45,915 nt of DNA. Source: a virus. The notes beneath the pieces are model-generated. The model ran no database searches. It was given only the letters and a program-made list of their open reading frames with translations, and was not told the origin of the DNA. The stretch is taken from the IMG/VR virus record IMGVR_UViG_3300012668_000094, positions 1 to 45,915 of that record; one strand, given 5' to 3'. Both the position numbers and the translations under genes were made by a program. Positions 17,001 to 26,261 of this stretch are shown here, piece after piece; positions within the stretch are counted from its first letter, which is position 1, and every line of letters begins with the position of its first letter.

Positions 17001-20000
17001 CATCTCGACGGAGCGGGGGTCGGCAAACCACCGCTCGATGGGAGTGAAATCCCCATCGGGCACATAGAGCGGCTTGACCTCAAGGTCCTCGGGGCGCAGC
17101 CAGATGTAGACCTGATGCCGGGTCGGGGTGTTGTTGCCCCCGCGGTGCGTCAGGGCGCCGGCGTTCTTGGTCTCCTCGAGGTAGCGGGAGACGATCTTGT
17201 TGGCCTCGCCATACTGGTCGATCTGCTCCCAGACGTTCGCCCAGGTGACCTTCTTGGAGCTCGGGTGGATTCGGGTCTGGAAGGCACTCTGGGCTCGGTT
17301 GAGCTTGCGACCATGATTGCGATAGGCCATGTCGCGCATGTTGAGCGCGGCGTTGTATGACCGTCGCAGGTCGTCGGCGGTGAGGTCAGAGATCTCGCTA
17401 CGACTCGGGTTCTCACGGACCCAGTTGATGAGGTCGTCGATGTCGGCCTTGGTCATCTCCTGGTCGACGTCGAAGACGTCGTACGTCTTGCCGGTCTTGG
17501 AGCTGCGGAGGTGGTAGAGCTTGCCGGTGCCGTAGGTGTAAGAGTCAACCACGTCGGCGGCGACACTGGTGTGGAAGCCAGGGCCGAGCATATTCCCGTT
17601 GTCCATGGGAACCTCTTCACGAGGAAGGAGCTCATCCGGCAGGTCGCGGCTAGTCCCGTGGAAGACGGGCTTGGTTAGCGGCTCGCCATTCAGGGCACCC
17701 GGGGGCGCCTGGAGGTCGGGGTCTACCTTGAGTCCCTGCTGGCCCTGGAAGTAGCGGTACAGGCCCTCCTGCATCGGAGAGAGGGTGTCGCGGGACATTG
17801 CGTAGTACGGCTTGTTGCCCTCGAGGTCGAACATGCGAAGGGCCTTGGGGTTCGCGTCGAGGGGTGTAGACTCAGCGACCCGGCGAAGAGCGTTGCTCGC
17901 CAGGACCTTCGGGTTGCCACCCTTCTTGCCCTTGGTCGTCTGGCCGAACCATAGGCCGACGCCAAGGTTGCCATCGGGGTCGATGAAGGTGCGGATCCCC
18001 TGCCGGCTCAAGAGCTCGGCGTTCTGCTCCACCCAGTAGTGGAAGTTGCGCTCCTGCTGGATCCCACCCTCGCCGCGGCGAAGGTTGATACCGGGGTTGA
18101 TGCTGGGAAGCGGGACGAAGTAGCCGCGAGTCAGCCGCTGACCCGTGAGGGCGTCATAGACGGCCGGCATGTCCATGGCCTTCGTTGCGTCGGCATCACT
18201 GGTAACCCGACTGCGGAAGTCGTTGTAGTCGTTGACCACGCGATAGAGCGGGTCGCCCATGTCGTTGACGGCCTGCTGGCGGGCCTGCTGACGCAAGGCC
18301 GCACCGTCTCGGATGAAGCCGAGGTTCTTGATGTGCTCCAGGCGGGCGGGCTGCTCGCCGTCCTTGACGCCGAGCAACTCCTTCTCCCAGGGCGCGGGCG
18401 CCAGGGCAAGGTCAGCCATCTCCTTCTCGAACTCGTTGCTCGAGAGCCGCCATGCGTCATCGGAGCGATTGCGGAGAGAGTAGGCCTGACCGATCTTGGA
18501 GGCGCGGTCGAACCGGCTCTTGTTCACGGCCGGGAACTCATTGGCCGGGAACTTCGGGGCGGTGGTGATCTCGACGTCGTGCTTGATCGGGTCGGGGCTG
18601 ACGCGCTGGTAGCGGGCCAGGGGCCCGTCGTTCAGCCACTTGTGGTGTGAGCGTAGGTCGAACTTGTTCTTGACCCACCCGGGCACGCCGGCAACCGTCT
18701 TGGCCGAGAAGAGGCCGAGGGAGTAGGCGCCGGTACCGAGGGCGCGGGCGCCCTCTCCGGTGACCCAGTACATCGGGCCGAAGATGGCGGCAGCACGAAG
18801 CCCCTCGTCCATGAGGACGCGCTGGGGCCAGCCCGGTCGCCACAGCTGCATCGGCTTCCAGAGGGAGTAGAACTTGGTGCCGATTATGTTCGTCAGGGCT
18901 GCCGTATGCGCCGCTCCGTAGGCGGCGCGGTTCTTGTCGAGGCTGGCCAGGATCTCGGGGTGACGCTTGAGCTCGTAGTAGAGCGCCCGGATGTCGGCCG
19001 GCTGGTAGTAGTTCACCGTCTGGGTGGCGTCCTCGGGGGCCACGCGCTTCTGGAGCGCGGACTCGTGGACCGTCACCGTGGTGCGCTTGGTGCCGTCCAT
19101 TAGCTCGAGGGTGACCATGCCGTTGTCGTCGGGCTCGCTCACGAGGCGAGCAGTGTTGAACTCGTCACCGACGCGCTGGCCGAGGGCCGGGGCGCTCGAG
19201 TAGACACGGCCCTTGCCCGAGAGCACGCCATCGAAGGTGCGACCCCGCTCCGCATTCACGGTGTCCCAGATCAGCTTCACGGTGTCGGTGGAGACGCCGA
19301 GCTTCTGGGCCATGCCCGGAATGAGGTGGCTCTCCTCCATGTCGAAGAGGACCTTGTACTTCTCTCGGGGGGTGGGGGCATCGACGAAGCGCTGCACCGT
19401 CTCGGCGCGGAGCTCGGGGTCCACCTTGTAGGCGAGGGTCATGTCCAGGCCCTCGAAGTACCGGTCGATGTTGCGGGGCCCGGAGTCGATGTCGTGGAAC
19501 GAGATCGTGCCGGCCTTGTTCATCCAGGTGTTCCTGGTCCACGAGATGCTCTCGTGGGAGTAGCCGAACTGGTTCCCCATGAACATCTTCCGCACCGGCC
19601 CGCGGGAGTCGAAGCGGCCCTCGACGTCGTTCCACTTGGGTGCCTGGATCCGCTGGACCCGCGGCTGGTAGGGGTCCCCCATGTCGAGGACGTTGCCGGC
19701 CCTGTCCTGGGTCAGGCCCTTGGTGCCCATGAGATCCAGCCAGTCGGCGTACTCCAGGTTGCCCCGGAGGTCCTTCTCGGCCTGGGCGAGCTGCTGCTCG
19801 CGGAGCTTGATGTCGGTGTCGATCTCCCACCGGTGGAAGGCGCTGCCGCCAGCCGGCTTCTTGGCGAGGTCGGCCAGCTCTGCCTCCAGGACGGAGGCGC
19901 GAGTCTTGGTGGCCTCGAGGGCATTGAGGAACGTCGAGGCATTGGGGTCGTACTTGAGCAGGTTCTCCGGGGTCTCCCGCTTGAGCCGGTCGACCTGGGC

Positions 20001-21290
20001 GAAGGCCTTGGAGTCGTTGTTCAGTACGCCCCAGGTGAGGTTCATCAAGTCGGGGTTGTCGGCCTGGGCGGCGATGTGGAGGGCCTTGGCCGCGGCCACC
20101 CCATCGGTGGCCCGGTTGTGGAACATCGGCAGGCGGGCGAAGGTGGCGAAGTCTGTGTTGCGGGCGTAGTCCTCTACGCCGGCGCGACCCTCGAGCATCC
20201 GGTTGGCACGCCAGCTGGCGTACTTCTGTGCCGGCTTCGTGCGGACGCTGATGATCTCGCGGCCGGTCAAGCCCTCGCGGATAGCGGCCGACATCGACGA
20301 CGCCTCGTTGATGGGCGTCTCGTTGCGAAGGATGCGGCGGAAGTTGCCGGCGCCGCGGGCGACGATCACACCAGGGTCGGCGTACCACAGTGCAGCGAGC
20401 TCGGCGCCGACCGAGGACATCTGGTAGAGGGAGTTGCCCTTACGCATCTCCTCCAGCTGTGCATCGGTGGCGACCGGATTGAGGAGCGAGTCGACCATGG
20501 CGTTGCCGAGGGTCTTCTCATTGTTCTCGCGCCACGACCTGCCCCAGCTGTCGGGCGAGAAGTAGTAGTTCAGGGCGTCCGTGGGATTGCCCGAGAGGAA
20601 CCGGGAGTTGGTCTCCTTGGTCATGTAGACCGCGGTGGTCGCGCCACGGTAGGCCTTGTTCCAGGCGGTGGCAGCCTGCTCGACACCGGGGAGCTCGGAG
20701 ACGTTGGTGCGGACGGCGCTTGACTTGGCGCGGCGGGCGATCTCGATGCGAGTGGGCTCCGAGAATGACATGTACTCGGTCTCGGTGAGCGTGCCGCCGT
20801 GCTGCACATAGTAGTCGTAGCCGGGGTCCTCGGGGGCGTCCCCCATGAGGTAGGTCAGCGGGTCGTCGTTGAGTAGACCCGTGACGCCCTGGCCGATGTC
20901 GTTGCGGGCCTGCCGCAGCCCGGTCTGGACCTCATTGCCGAGCTTCTGATACCAGGGCTGGTCACCGTCGCCCTTGTTGGAGAAGCTCGAGGACTCCATC
21001 GAGAAGCCGTAGCGCTCGAAGTTTTGGGCGATATCCAGCTCGCGCTGGTGGGTGGCCGGGTCCACGCGAGCGGCGGCGAGCGCGATCTCGTCGCGCCGGC
21101 TGATCTCGGCCTGGAGTCGAACATATTCAGCGAAGGAGTCGCCGTCGATGGGCAGGGTGGACAGGTCGAGGGCAGCACCGAATGGAGGGATTGCTCCCGC
21201 GGGCGTGATCGCAGCCGCCGCGGCACCTACCCGCGTGACGCTCCACGGACTCCCACTGCTTGATGCAGTGAGCGACCAAGGACTACTCAA
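14067..21290 (-). CDS. giant virion-module protein (2,407 aa) with ART-PolyVal-like segment; putative ejected polyvalent protein
   Basis: Single 7,224-nt ORF. TTG start overlaps the upstream stop (TTGA). aa ~1205-1410 read KPVFHGTS...GPGFHTSVAADVVDSYTYGTGKLYHL...HQVYIWL. Confidence 0.75.
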   Translation of the reverse strand: MSSPWSLTASSSGSPWSVTRVGAAAAAITPAGAIPPFGAALDLSTLPIDGDSFAEYVRLQAEISRRDEIALAAARVDPATHQRELDIAQNFERYGFSMESSSFSNKGDGDQPWYQKLGNEVQTGLRQARNDIGQGVTGLLNDDPLTYLMGDAPEDPGYDYYVQHGGTLTETEYMSFSEPTRIEIARRAKSSAVRTNVSELPGVEQAATAWNKAYRGATTAVYMTKETNSRFLSGNPTDALNYYFSPDSWGRSWRENNEKTLGNAMVDSLLNPVATDAQLEEMRKGNSLYQMSSVGAELAALWYADPGVIVARGAGNFRRILRNETPINEASSMSAAIREGLTGREIISVRTKPAQKYASWRANRMLEGRAGVEDYARNTDFATFARLPMFHNRATDGVAAAKALHIAAQADNPDLMNLTWGVLNNDSKAFAQVDRLKRETPENLLKYDPNASTFLNALEATKTRASVLEAELADLAKKPAGGSAFHRWEIDTDIKLREQQLAQAEKDLRGNLEYADWLDLMGTKGLTQDRAGNVLDMGDPYQPRVQRIQAPKWNDVEGRFDSRGPVRKMFMGNQFGYSHESISWTRNTWMNKAGTISFHDIDSGPRNIDRYFEGLDMTLAYKVDPELRAETVQRFVDAPTPREKYKVLFDMEESHLIPGMAQKLGVSTDTVKLIWDTVNAERGRTFDGVLSGKGRVYSSAPALGQRVGDEFNTARLVSEPDDNGMVTLELMDGTKRTTVTVHESALQKRVAPEDATQTVNYYQPADIRALYYELKRHPEILASLDKNRAAYGAAHTAALTNIIGTKFYSLWKPMQLWRPGWPQRVLMDEGLRAAAIFGPMYWVTGEGARALGTGAYSLGLFSAKTVAGVPGWVKNKFDLRSHHKWLNDGPLARYQRVSPDPIKHDVEITTAPKFPANEFPAVNKSRFDRASKIGQAYSLRNRSDDAWRLSSNEFEKEMADLALAPAPWEKELLGVKDGEQPARLEHIKNLGFIRDGAALRQQARQQAVNDMGDPLYRVVNDYNDFRSRVTSDADATKAMDMPAVYDALTGQRLTRGYFVPLPSINPGINLRRGEGGIQQERNFHYWVEQNAELLSRQGIRTFIDPDGNLGVGLWFGQTTKGKKGGNPKVLASNALRRVAESTPLDANPKALRMFDLEGNKPYYAMSRDTLSPMQEGLYRYFQGQQGLKVDPDLQAPPGALNGEPLTKPVFHGTSRDLPDELLPREEVPMDNGNMLGPGFHTSVAADVVDSYTYGTGKLYHLRSSKTGKTYDVFDVDQEMTKADIDDLINWVRENPSRSEISDLTADDLRRSYNAALNMRDMAYRNHGRKLNRAQSAFQTRIHPSSKKVTWANVWEQIDQYGEANKIVSRYLEETKNAGALTHRGGNNTPTRHQVYIWLRPEDLEVKPLYVPDGDFTPIERWFADPRSVEMPLTTNSVPESRIVRFGKRNPMLRQLHTIHAELEARKAQLSGKARLTDPRVIELRTQEQTLMSAMGLEYHGFTVGKARALDQNLDDFAVRAMDYSHVDPGTPNAFGQDWYEVAHPQRFNQMVNEADGLNADFDWAAAANGDLRAQEMAYLDGDRQMNLEDMDSTLDDPARGLYERMKKKYGAGHTTIEDADGKQFHIPNFFEGQEGDINRALVSSSKTIDNISDGHGGALQYLRQQAAGHKTYHPPKFNEKTVVRGTRENQTAVRYFDIWADMLNDQVGNSPIWKRMLAGQRDDQIVDWLDNTPQGNRVRAEIMPEHRSTELWVNEHRAKLDYYLPNKRLQRLLGKNRLTPAQLRRDIHNDDMPDVFGPDLEMTKSAPWTRLADKMWSGLGTIPIDALSRQPFAKAVFDAKVRALVAQTDRKFLDEQAVGRIYSEARRHALNEVRKTLYDLSDGTNLTDMLRFIAPFWNAQQEAMVKWARIVSDRPETVARWFVGQRATYRNFVVVDEENNEVEDGTRKGGTFNLGLYQPTDKVVFNIPEWVRDTPLGKSLYSVGSVRIPIGSANTVLQGEMPLFPSTGPLLTMPIDKFLKIVSPTDGTGSSDDLWYRWLFPIGRPSTGAEGVLEQLFPGWGRRVLDATGGADDLGRANLAWSVGREMLLEARREGKPMPTQHEINKAANFLWGLRAFSSWASPVQTEFAPKHQFWLDQAHRYREIYGQDYFDQFLTDYGKDAAYYAVSSSNSLAHVPPTNQGMEEWSENADLIQKFPHWGGLVISPDAYTDDYSQDAYRAQFDIQLGPLDSRKLREIQDPQARMDEGERLLGWQEFRKVAAAVDAALMERGLTSIQQVEAKDLQRLKAAATSDLRDQYPAWAADFDVFANDIDTKVQQLETFAFDKEFDDRPDIAGLRQYLIVRTMAAEQLDAAYMAGGSRSLQADTNVPLASWFYDQTGQIVQSNPAFAELYARYLTGDTLMRGSG

Positions 21291-21766
21291 CCTAGCTCTG
21301 CTCTCAACTGCCGCACGAGGCGGCGTGTGTTCTGGTCCGCGTCATCTCTCGAGGCGAGGACGACCAGGACGGGAAGGAACTTGCGAAGACGAGCCCGCTG
21401 CTCGTCATTCAGGGGGGACGGCATGTTGGGCGCCGAGGGTCCAGCGCCCGGTCCACCGGACATGCCAGCCATCACGTCCTCCATGGGGCGCTGGGTGTCA
21501 GCGTCCATGGGAACCAGCTGGGAGAGGTCGGGGCCGGCCGCAGGCGGGGCACCGGCACTGGCAGCCATGCCGCCAGAGCCGAGGTCGCCGCTCATGGGGG
21601 CACCGCCCTGGATCTGCTGCATGGCCTGTCGTTCGCCATAGTCGCCACCGGGGGCAATCATCTGCGGCTGCCTTCCATCGGTGCGCTTGGAGAGACGCCC
21701 GGGTCCAGAGACCGGGGCGGGGTGTGCGGGGCGGCGGTAGCCGCCGTGGCCGTTCCCATCAGCCAT
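21287..21766 (-). CDS. Gly/Pro/Met-rich low-complexity protein (159 aa)
   Basis: ATG 21766 overlaps the upstream stop by 8 nt. Only the C-terminal ~45 aa look structured. Confidence 0.5.
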   Translation of the reverse strand: MADGNGHGGYRRPAHPAPVSGPGRLSKRTDGRQPQMIAPGGDYGERQAMQQIQGGAPMSGDLGSGGMAASAGAPPAAGPDLSQLVPMDADTQRPMEDVMAGMSGGPGAGPSAPNMPSPLNDEQRARLRKFLPVLVVLASRDDADQNTRRLVRQLRAELG

Positions 21767-21998
21767 CGGCTGACTCCGAGGTGATCCGCTCAATGTCGAG
21801 CGAGGCCTCCTGGCGGAACTGGGCCTGCTGTGTCTTGAAGTTTGCGTGGCCTGCCGCCAGATTGAAGGCGATCACTGCCGTCGAATGGAAAGCAGCAAGG
21901 ATCCCCTCGACGAGATTGAGCACCAAGGGCGCAAGATCATCAACCCTGAACTGGTGGGCACCATTGGGCTCGAAGTAGCATTCGTCGTCGTCATCCAT
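21759..21998 (-). CDS. hypothetical protein (79 aa, acidic N-terminus)
   Basis: RBS CAAGGAGG. Preceded by GC hairpin 22030-22060. Confidence 0.5.
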   Translation of the reverse strand: MDDDDECYFEPNGAHQFRVDDLAPLVLNLVEGILAAFHSTAVIAFNLAAGHANFKTQQAQFRQEASLDIERITSESADG

Positions 21999-22076
21999 GC
22001 GAACCTCCTTGAGGGGGACCCAGGACCCCCCGCCGCCAAGGGCGGGGGGCCGGGAGATGAAAGATCACCTCACAGG

Positions 22077-22259
22077 TCAGTGCAGCGGGTTCTTCTTGCC
22101 ATTGCCGGTGGGCTTGGGTGTGCCGTGACCGGCAACACCCTGACCGAGGGGACCGGAGGCGGGGCCGTTGGCCGGCATTCCGTCCGCGTGAGGGGCGTGC
22201 GTATTGACCTTGCCGGGAGCGGGACGGGACCCGGCCGGCTGCGCGTTTGGTGCGCTCAT
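22077..22259 (-). CDS. Gly/Pro-rich basic protein (60 aa)
   Basis: ATG 22259 with strong RBS AAGGAGA. The longer track ORF is unsupported. Confidence 0.45.
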   Translation of the reverse strand: MSAPNAQPAGSRPAPGKVNTHAPHADGMPANGPASGPLGQGVAGHGTPKPTGNGKKNPLH

Positions 22260-22270
22260 GGTGATTCTCC

Positions 22271-22396
22271 TTATTGGGCCGGCCCGGGCTTCCGATGCCG
22301 GGGCGCGTAGGTGGTGGTGAAGGTGTGGGTGGTCGACTGGATGAAGCCGCGGCCACAAGAAGGGCAGATCGGGCCGTTCCAGGTGTAGGGGTACAT
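22271..22396 (-). CDS. 41-aa CPSC-containing small protein
   Basis: ATG shares one base with the portal stop (TGATG). Hand translation: MYPYTWNGPICPSCGRGFIQ... Not in the track. Confidence 0.4.
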   Translation of the reverse strand: MYPYTWNGPICPSCGRGFIQSTTHTFTTTYAPRHRKPGPAQ

Positions 22397-24195
22397 CAGG
22401 CGGGGATCCTTCTCGAGACGTTCGCCTGGAGGTTGGCGTTACCGCCCGGAGTGAGGCCGGCCAGCACCATCGAGATATCAGGTGCGGCGCCGGCGCCCAT
22501 GAAGGCGTTGTCTCCAGGCTGTTCGGTGGGAGCGGGGCCTCCCCCGCCCAGCTGTTGCATCAGCTGGGCCATGGGGTCGTTGGCCGCGGCTGCCGGCTGC
22601 TCCTCGGGCATGAAGGCCTCGAGGACCGCCTCGTGGAACGGCTTGCCGCTCTCCCGGTCCCTGATGATCTGCGCGGCCCGCTGGAGGGTCTGGAGGGGGT
22701 CGACCCCCTGCTGACTCATCACCGGGGCGTTGGCGAGCAGGGCGAACATGCCCTGCTTCATCGCGTCGGTCATCTGCTCGATATCGACTCGACGCTGGAG
22801 GTCTTCCACGTCGACGTCGAACGGCAACATCCGCTGCATGGTGTCGCGGTCGATGGCCTGATCTGCTCGCAGCTGGAGCAGGAACACGATGGCCCGGTTG
22901 GGGTCCATGCCGGCCGTCATGCCGTACGTCACGGAGACGGAGTAGTCGCCCTTGATGTCCTTCGCCGGCGTGTAGGTCTCGGTGAAGGGCGCGCCGCTGG
23001 CGACGCCGCGGACGGTCTTGCGGACCTCGGGCCAGTAGAGCTCGTCCATCTCGAACGCGATCTCGACGGCTCTACGGAGACAGTCCCCCACCACGTCCTG
23101 CGCGGTGGCGATCTGAGTGGAGTACCACTCGGTCAGGGCCTCCACGCCCTTGCCCGTGATGACCGAGGCCTTCACGTCCCCGCGGCGTGCCGCGGGTGAC
23201 CGGGTACCGTCCGCAATCTCCTTGTCCAGGAGCTGCGACTCGATCAGAGAAGACTGGGGCAGCTCGATGGGTACGCGCCGAACCTTGTCGGGACTGTTCG
23301 TGCGAATAATCGCATCGGCGCCAAAACTGATCTGAGTCACATCGTCAGGCACGGCGAGCGGAGCTCGCACTGCCTTGTCCGCGGCCTCCAACCCGTACAC
23401 GGCCATGCGTGCGCGGGCGAGCCAGACCCAGATCACATCATCGAACTGCCCTCGCTGCTGCTCATCCCACCGCGGTCGCTCAGCGACCACAATTGGGGGA
23501 CGCTTGAAGCGATGTTCAAGCCTACGGAGCACCAGCCCCTCCCGCTCGGGGAGGAAGAGGATGATTGAGTTGTTCACGTACATCTGGGCGACGTCGAGCT
23601 TGGTGTCGCCCGCCTCGCCCTTGCCCCAGGCTGTGTCGCTGCGCCCGATGTACTCGGCCACCTCGGGGAATTTCGCACTCAGCGACTCGATGGTGTCCTG
23701 CCACACCTTGCAGTACAGGGTGACGTTGCCATAGAAGTCGGTCTGCCAGAAGGCGGTACGGGGGTCGTCGATGCGGAACCGCGGGCACTGCGCCTCGAAG
23801 TCCGGCTCGATGACGATGGGCATGGCCGCGAAGGACCAGAACCAGTCGCAGCCCGTGTAGAGCTGGAGCTTGAGCCGGCTGTGCTCCACGTAGTAGAGCG
23901 CCACCTTGGTCCGCTTCGAGGAGAAGCGCTTGGCCCGGTCGCTGTTCATCGAGGAGCTGGTGCAGTCGATGGAGGGAAGGCGGGCCAGGGTCTCGGCCAT
24001 GTCTCGAGCCGTCACGTCGACGATGTTGGCGACGACCGGCCGGGGCCAATTCTTCGGGAACATCCCGGGCATGATGGATTCCACGTCACCACGACGCGCA
24101 GCCGCGACATCGCGGTTGCGCTGCTGGCGCTCAGTGGATCCTGAGACCAGCGAGTTGAAGCGACCCATCAGATCGCGCGAGACGTGTTCCATCAC
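22396..24195 (-). CDS. portal protein
   Basis: 599 aa directly downstream of terL with a GTGA overlap. Size and position are typical. No motif-level proof. Confidence 0.7.
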   Translation of the reverse strand: MMEHVSRDLMGRFNSLVSGSTERQQRNRDVAAARRGDVESIMPGMFPKNWPRPVVANIVDVTARDMAETLARLPSIDCTSSSMNSDRAKRFSSKRTKVALYYVEHSRLKLQLYTGCDWFWSFAAMPIVIEPDFEAQCPRFRIDDPRTAFWQTDFYGNVTLYCKVWQDTIESLSAKFPEVAEYIGRSDTAWGKGEAGDTKLDVAQMYVNNSIILFLPEREGLVLRRLEHRFKRPPIVVAERPRWDEQQRGQFDDVIWVWLARARMAVYGLEAADKAVRAPLAVPDDVTQISFGADAIIRTNSPDKVRRVPIELPQSSLIESQLLDKEIADGTRSPAARRGDVKASVITGKGVEALTEWYSTQIATAQDVVGDCLRRAVEIAFEMDELYWPEVRKTVRGVASGAPFTETYTPAKDIKGDYSVSVTYGMTAGMDPNRAIVFLLQLRADQAIDRDTMQRMLPFDVDVEDLQRRVDIEQMTDAMKQGMFALLANAPVMSQQGVDPLQTLQRAAQIIRDRESGKPFHEAVLEAFMPEEQPAAAANDPMAQLMQQLGGGGPAPTEQPGDNAFMGAGAAPDISMVLAGLTPGGNANLQANVSRRIPA

Positions 24196-26096
24196 ATGGC
24201 CTGTCGTTGATGCTGGAGGTACTCGTCGATGTTGATGACCACCCGGTCGGCAAGGTCGTTATCGGAGGCGAATGGGTTCTCGAGGAAGTCCTGCTTCCGG
24301 TTACCCAGGTGCTTGACGACCGCGCGAGCGGCGGTCTCTGCGAACCAGAGGGCCATCACGGTGTCGATCTTCTGGGTCTTCGGGTGCTCGGGGTACCACG
24401 TCACCAGCTGTGCCTTGAGGGTGCGGAAGGCCTCGTTGGGATTCATGCCAGGGAGGTCGAGCAGGGCGTGGCCGTCCTGATGTCCGCGGAGCAGATTCTC
24501 GAGCGAGGAGACACCCCACTCGGGGTCATTCTTGTTGTTGTTGGTGCTGTGCTCGTCGAGACGGACACCTCTCGAGGCCAAGAATTGGTTGATCTCCCGG
24601 TCCTGGGTGAGGAATGCCTGGAAGGCGTTCTTCTCAATTCGCCAGATGTCGATGTCGTACTTCTCGGTCCAGTCCATGATGAGCTCACGAAGCCCACTGG
24701 CACGGACCTGCTTGTTGAAGACGTCAACGAGGTAACGCTTCCCGGTGTCACGGTCGACAGCGAGTACCACGCAGGCGGTGAAGCCTGCTGACGTGGCCGG
24801 GTCTAGGCCGGCGACGACGGTCATGTTGCGGAGGGTGGGAACCTGTCCGCGCCAACGGCTGCCGTCCTGGCAGCTGTTGAGAGCTTCGATGGTAAAGAGG
24901 GTCTCCTCGGAGACCGGCTGCTGCATGTAGACCAGGGCCCAGGTGGTCGGCTTGAGCTTGCGGCGCAGCTTCGCCAGCCGCGGCCCGTCCCACTTCGGCC
25001 ACAGGCCCTCGGCGTTCGGGGTGCCCGGGCGGGTCGGGTGGGGTCGATCCGCGTACGGCCAGAGCGTGACCCACTTCTCCGGGTCGTCGTCGAAGTCGAA
25101 GACGGCCGGCTGGGACAGGTACGTCCAGTCGGACTCTTCCCCGTCGTAGTGGTCGGGGTTGAGGAGCTCGGAGTAGAGGTCCACCGGTGCCACGCGAGTC
25201 CCCACGACGAGCAGGGGCGCGTCACGGGTCATCACGTCCTGCATGATGTAGTCCAGGTGCGCCTCGTACTGGTGCGCGTTGTTCAGGTCCTGCACGTCGT
25301 CGAGGATGATGAGATCGGCGCGGGCGCCGTAGATCTGCTGACCGATTCCCAGGACCTCGATGTTCGGGTCCTTCTGGTCGGAGTCGGTGTTGCCGAAGTA
25401 GATCATGTTGGCAGTCCAGACCTCGGCTGCCTTCTCGAAGCCCTCGGCCGGCCCGTAGTCGATCTGGAGCTTGGCGAACGCCTTGTTGGTCAGCCGGCGC
25501 TTGATGCCGGCGAGGAACTTCTTCGCCATCCGCTCGGTCTTGGAAATGATGACCACGCGGAACTCGGGGTTGGTGACGATCTTGTACGTCACGTAGTCCA
25601 TCGTGATCGTGGTGCTCTTCGCGTGGCCGGGTGGAGTGTTGATGATCACCGTGTCCGGGTCGCCCAGCTTGTAGACCTGGGCCGGGTGCAGGTTGCGAGG
25701 CTCCCGACCCTCGATGAGGTCGATCCACTGCATCTGGTGATTGAAGCGCCTGGAGTTGAGGTACTTCTCCGAGAAGTCCTCAAAAGAAATGAATTCGCCG
25801 CGGCGGTCGTATTTAGCACCAGCAATGCGGGCGAGAATGAGATCTGCGGCCTCTTTGAATTCCGCATCGGTTTCCCGGTAATACTTCCAAATGGCCGGCT
25901 GCTTTCCAGCCAGTCGACAGGAATCCTCGACAGTATGGCCGGCCTCCCGCATGGCAAGGATCTTGGCCTTGGTCCGTGCCACCTCTGAACGCTTGGCTGT
26001 CGCCTTGCGTCGAACCTGAGAAGAAGCAAGTCCTGAATTCTGGGCCTCACCGGCGAGCCGGCCATCGCGGCTCGGCGGGTCAAGATGACGGGCCAC
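24192..26096 (-). CDS. terL: terminase large subunit with N-terminal HTH-like extension
   Basis: PPGHAKST (Walker A-like), LIILDDVQD (Walker B), nuclease-type VVAGLDPATS. The first ~95 aa are basic/helical (AKILAMREAGHTVEDSCRLAG). Confidence 0.9.
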   Translation of the reverse strand: MARHLDPPSRDGRLAGEAQNSGLASSQVRRKATAKRSEVARTKAKILAMREAGHTVEDSCRLAGKQPAIWKYYRETDAEFKEAADLILARIAGAKYDRRGEFISFEDFSEKYLNSRRFNHQMQWIDLIEGREPRNLHPAQVYKLGDPDTVIINTPPGHAKSTTITMDYVTYKIVTNPEFRVVIISKTERMAKKFLAGIKRRLTNKAFAKLQIDYGPAEGFEKAAEVWTANMIYFGNTDSDQKDPNIEVLGIGQQIYGARADLIILDDVQDLNNAHQYEAHLDYIMQDVMTRDAPLLVVGTRVAPVDLYSELLNPDHYDGEESDWTYLSQPAVFDFDDDPEKWVTLWPYADRPHPTRPGTPNAEGLWPKWDGPRLAKLRRKLKPTTWALVYMQQPVSEETLFTIEALNSCQDGSRWRGQVPTLRNMTVVAGLDPATSAGFTACVVLAVDRDTGKRYLVDVFNKQVRASGLRELIMDWTEKYDIDIWRIEKNAFQAFLTQDREINQFLASRGVRLDEHSTNNNKNDPEWGVSSLENLLRGHQDGHALLDLPGMNPNEAFRTLKAQLVTWYPEHPKTQKIDTVMALWFAETAARAVVKHLGNRKQDFLENPFASDNDLADRVVINIDEYLQHQRQAM

Positions 26097-26109
26097 AATT
26101 ACTCTTTCA

Positions 26110-26144
26110 TCGAAATGTGCAAAGTCAATTCGTCGAAATGTGCA
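26110..26144. repeat. direct repeat TCGAAATGTGCA x2 just upstream of terL
   Basis: Exact 12-mers at 26110-21 and 26133-44. Related GGCACATTCGGA (minus strand) at 9389-9400 upstream of the scaffold gene. Confidence 0.6.
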
Positions 26145-26154
26145 GGATTAGTTT

Positions 26155-26261
26155 GGGGGAACCAGGGCAGCGACGGAGGAGCTGCCTGGAGGGGGGATCA
26201 AGCCAGGGGGAACCTACGACTCTCTAGGAGGAGGTTCCTCCCCAGCTCAGGCTGGGGAACC
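26155..26261. repeat. GGGGAACC x3 direct (~50-bp spacing) plus one inverted copy
   Basis: Direct copies at 26155-63, 26206-14 and 26254-61. Inverted GGTTCCTCCCC at 26233-43. Confidence 0.6.

Noticed and set aside
14439-17360. 973-aa plus-strand ORF, and many other ORFs of 100-470 aa on the opposite strand or in other frames of the giant gene (e.g. 19165..20388, 19326..20723)
   Set aside because: They are shadow ORFs typical of high-GC DNA. Their composition is Arg/Gly/Val/Leu/Pro-rich and low in complexity. They lack RBSs, and they lie entirely inside a coherent 2,407-aa ORF that fits the operon's coupling pattern.
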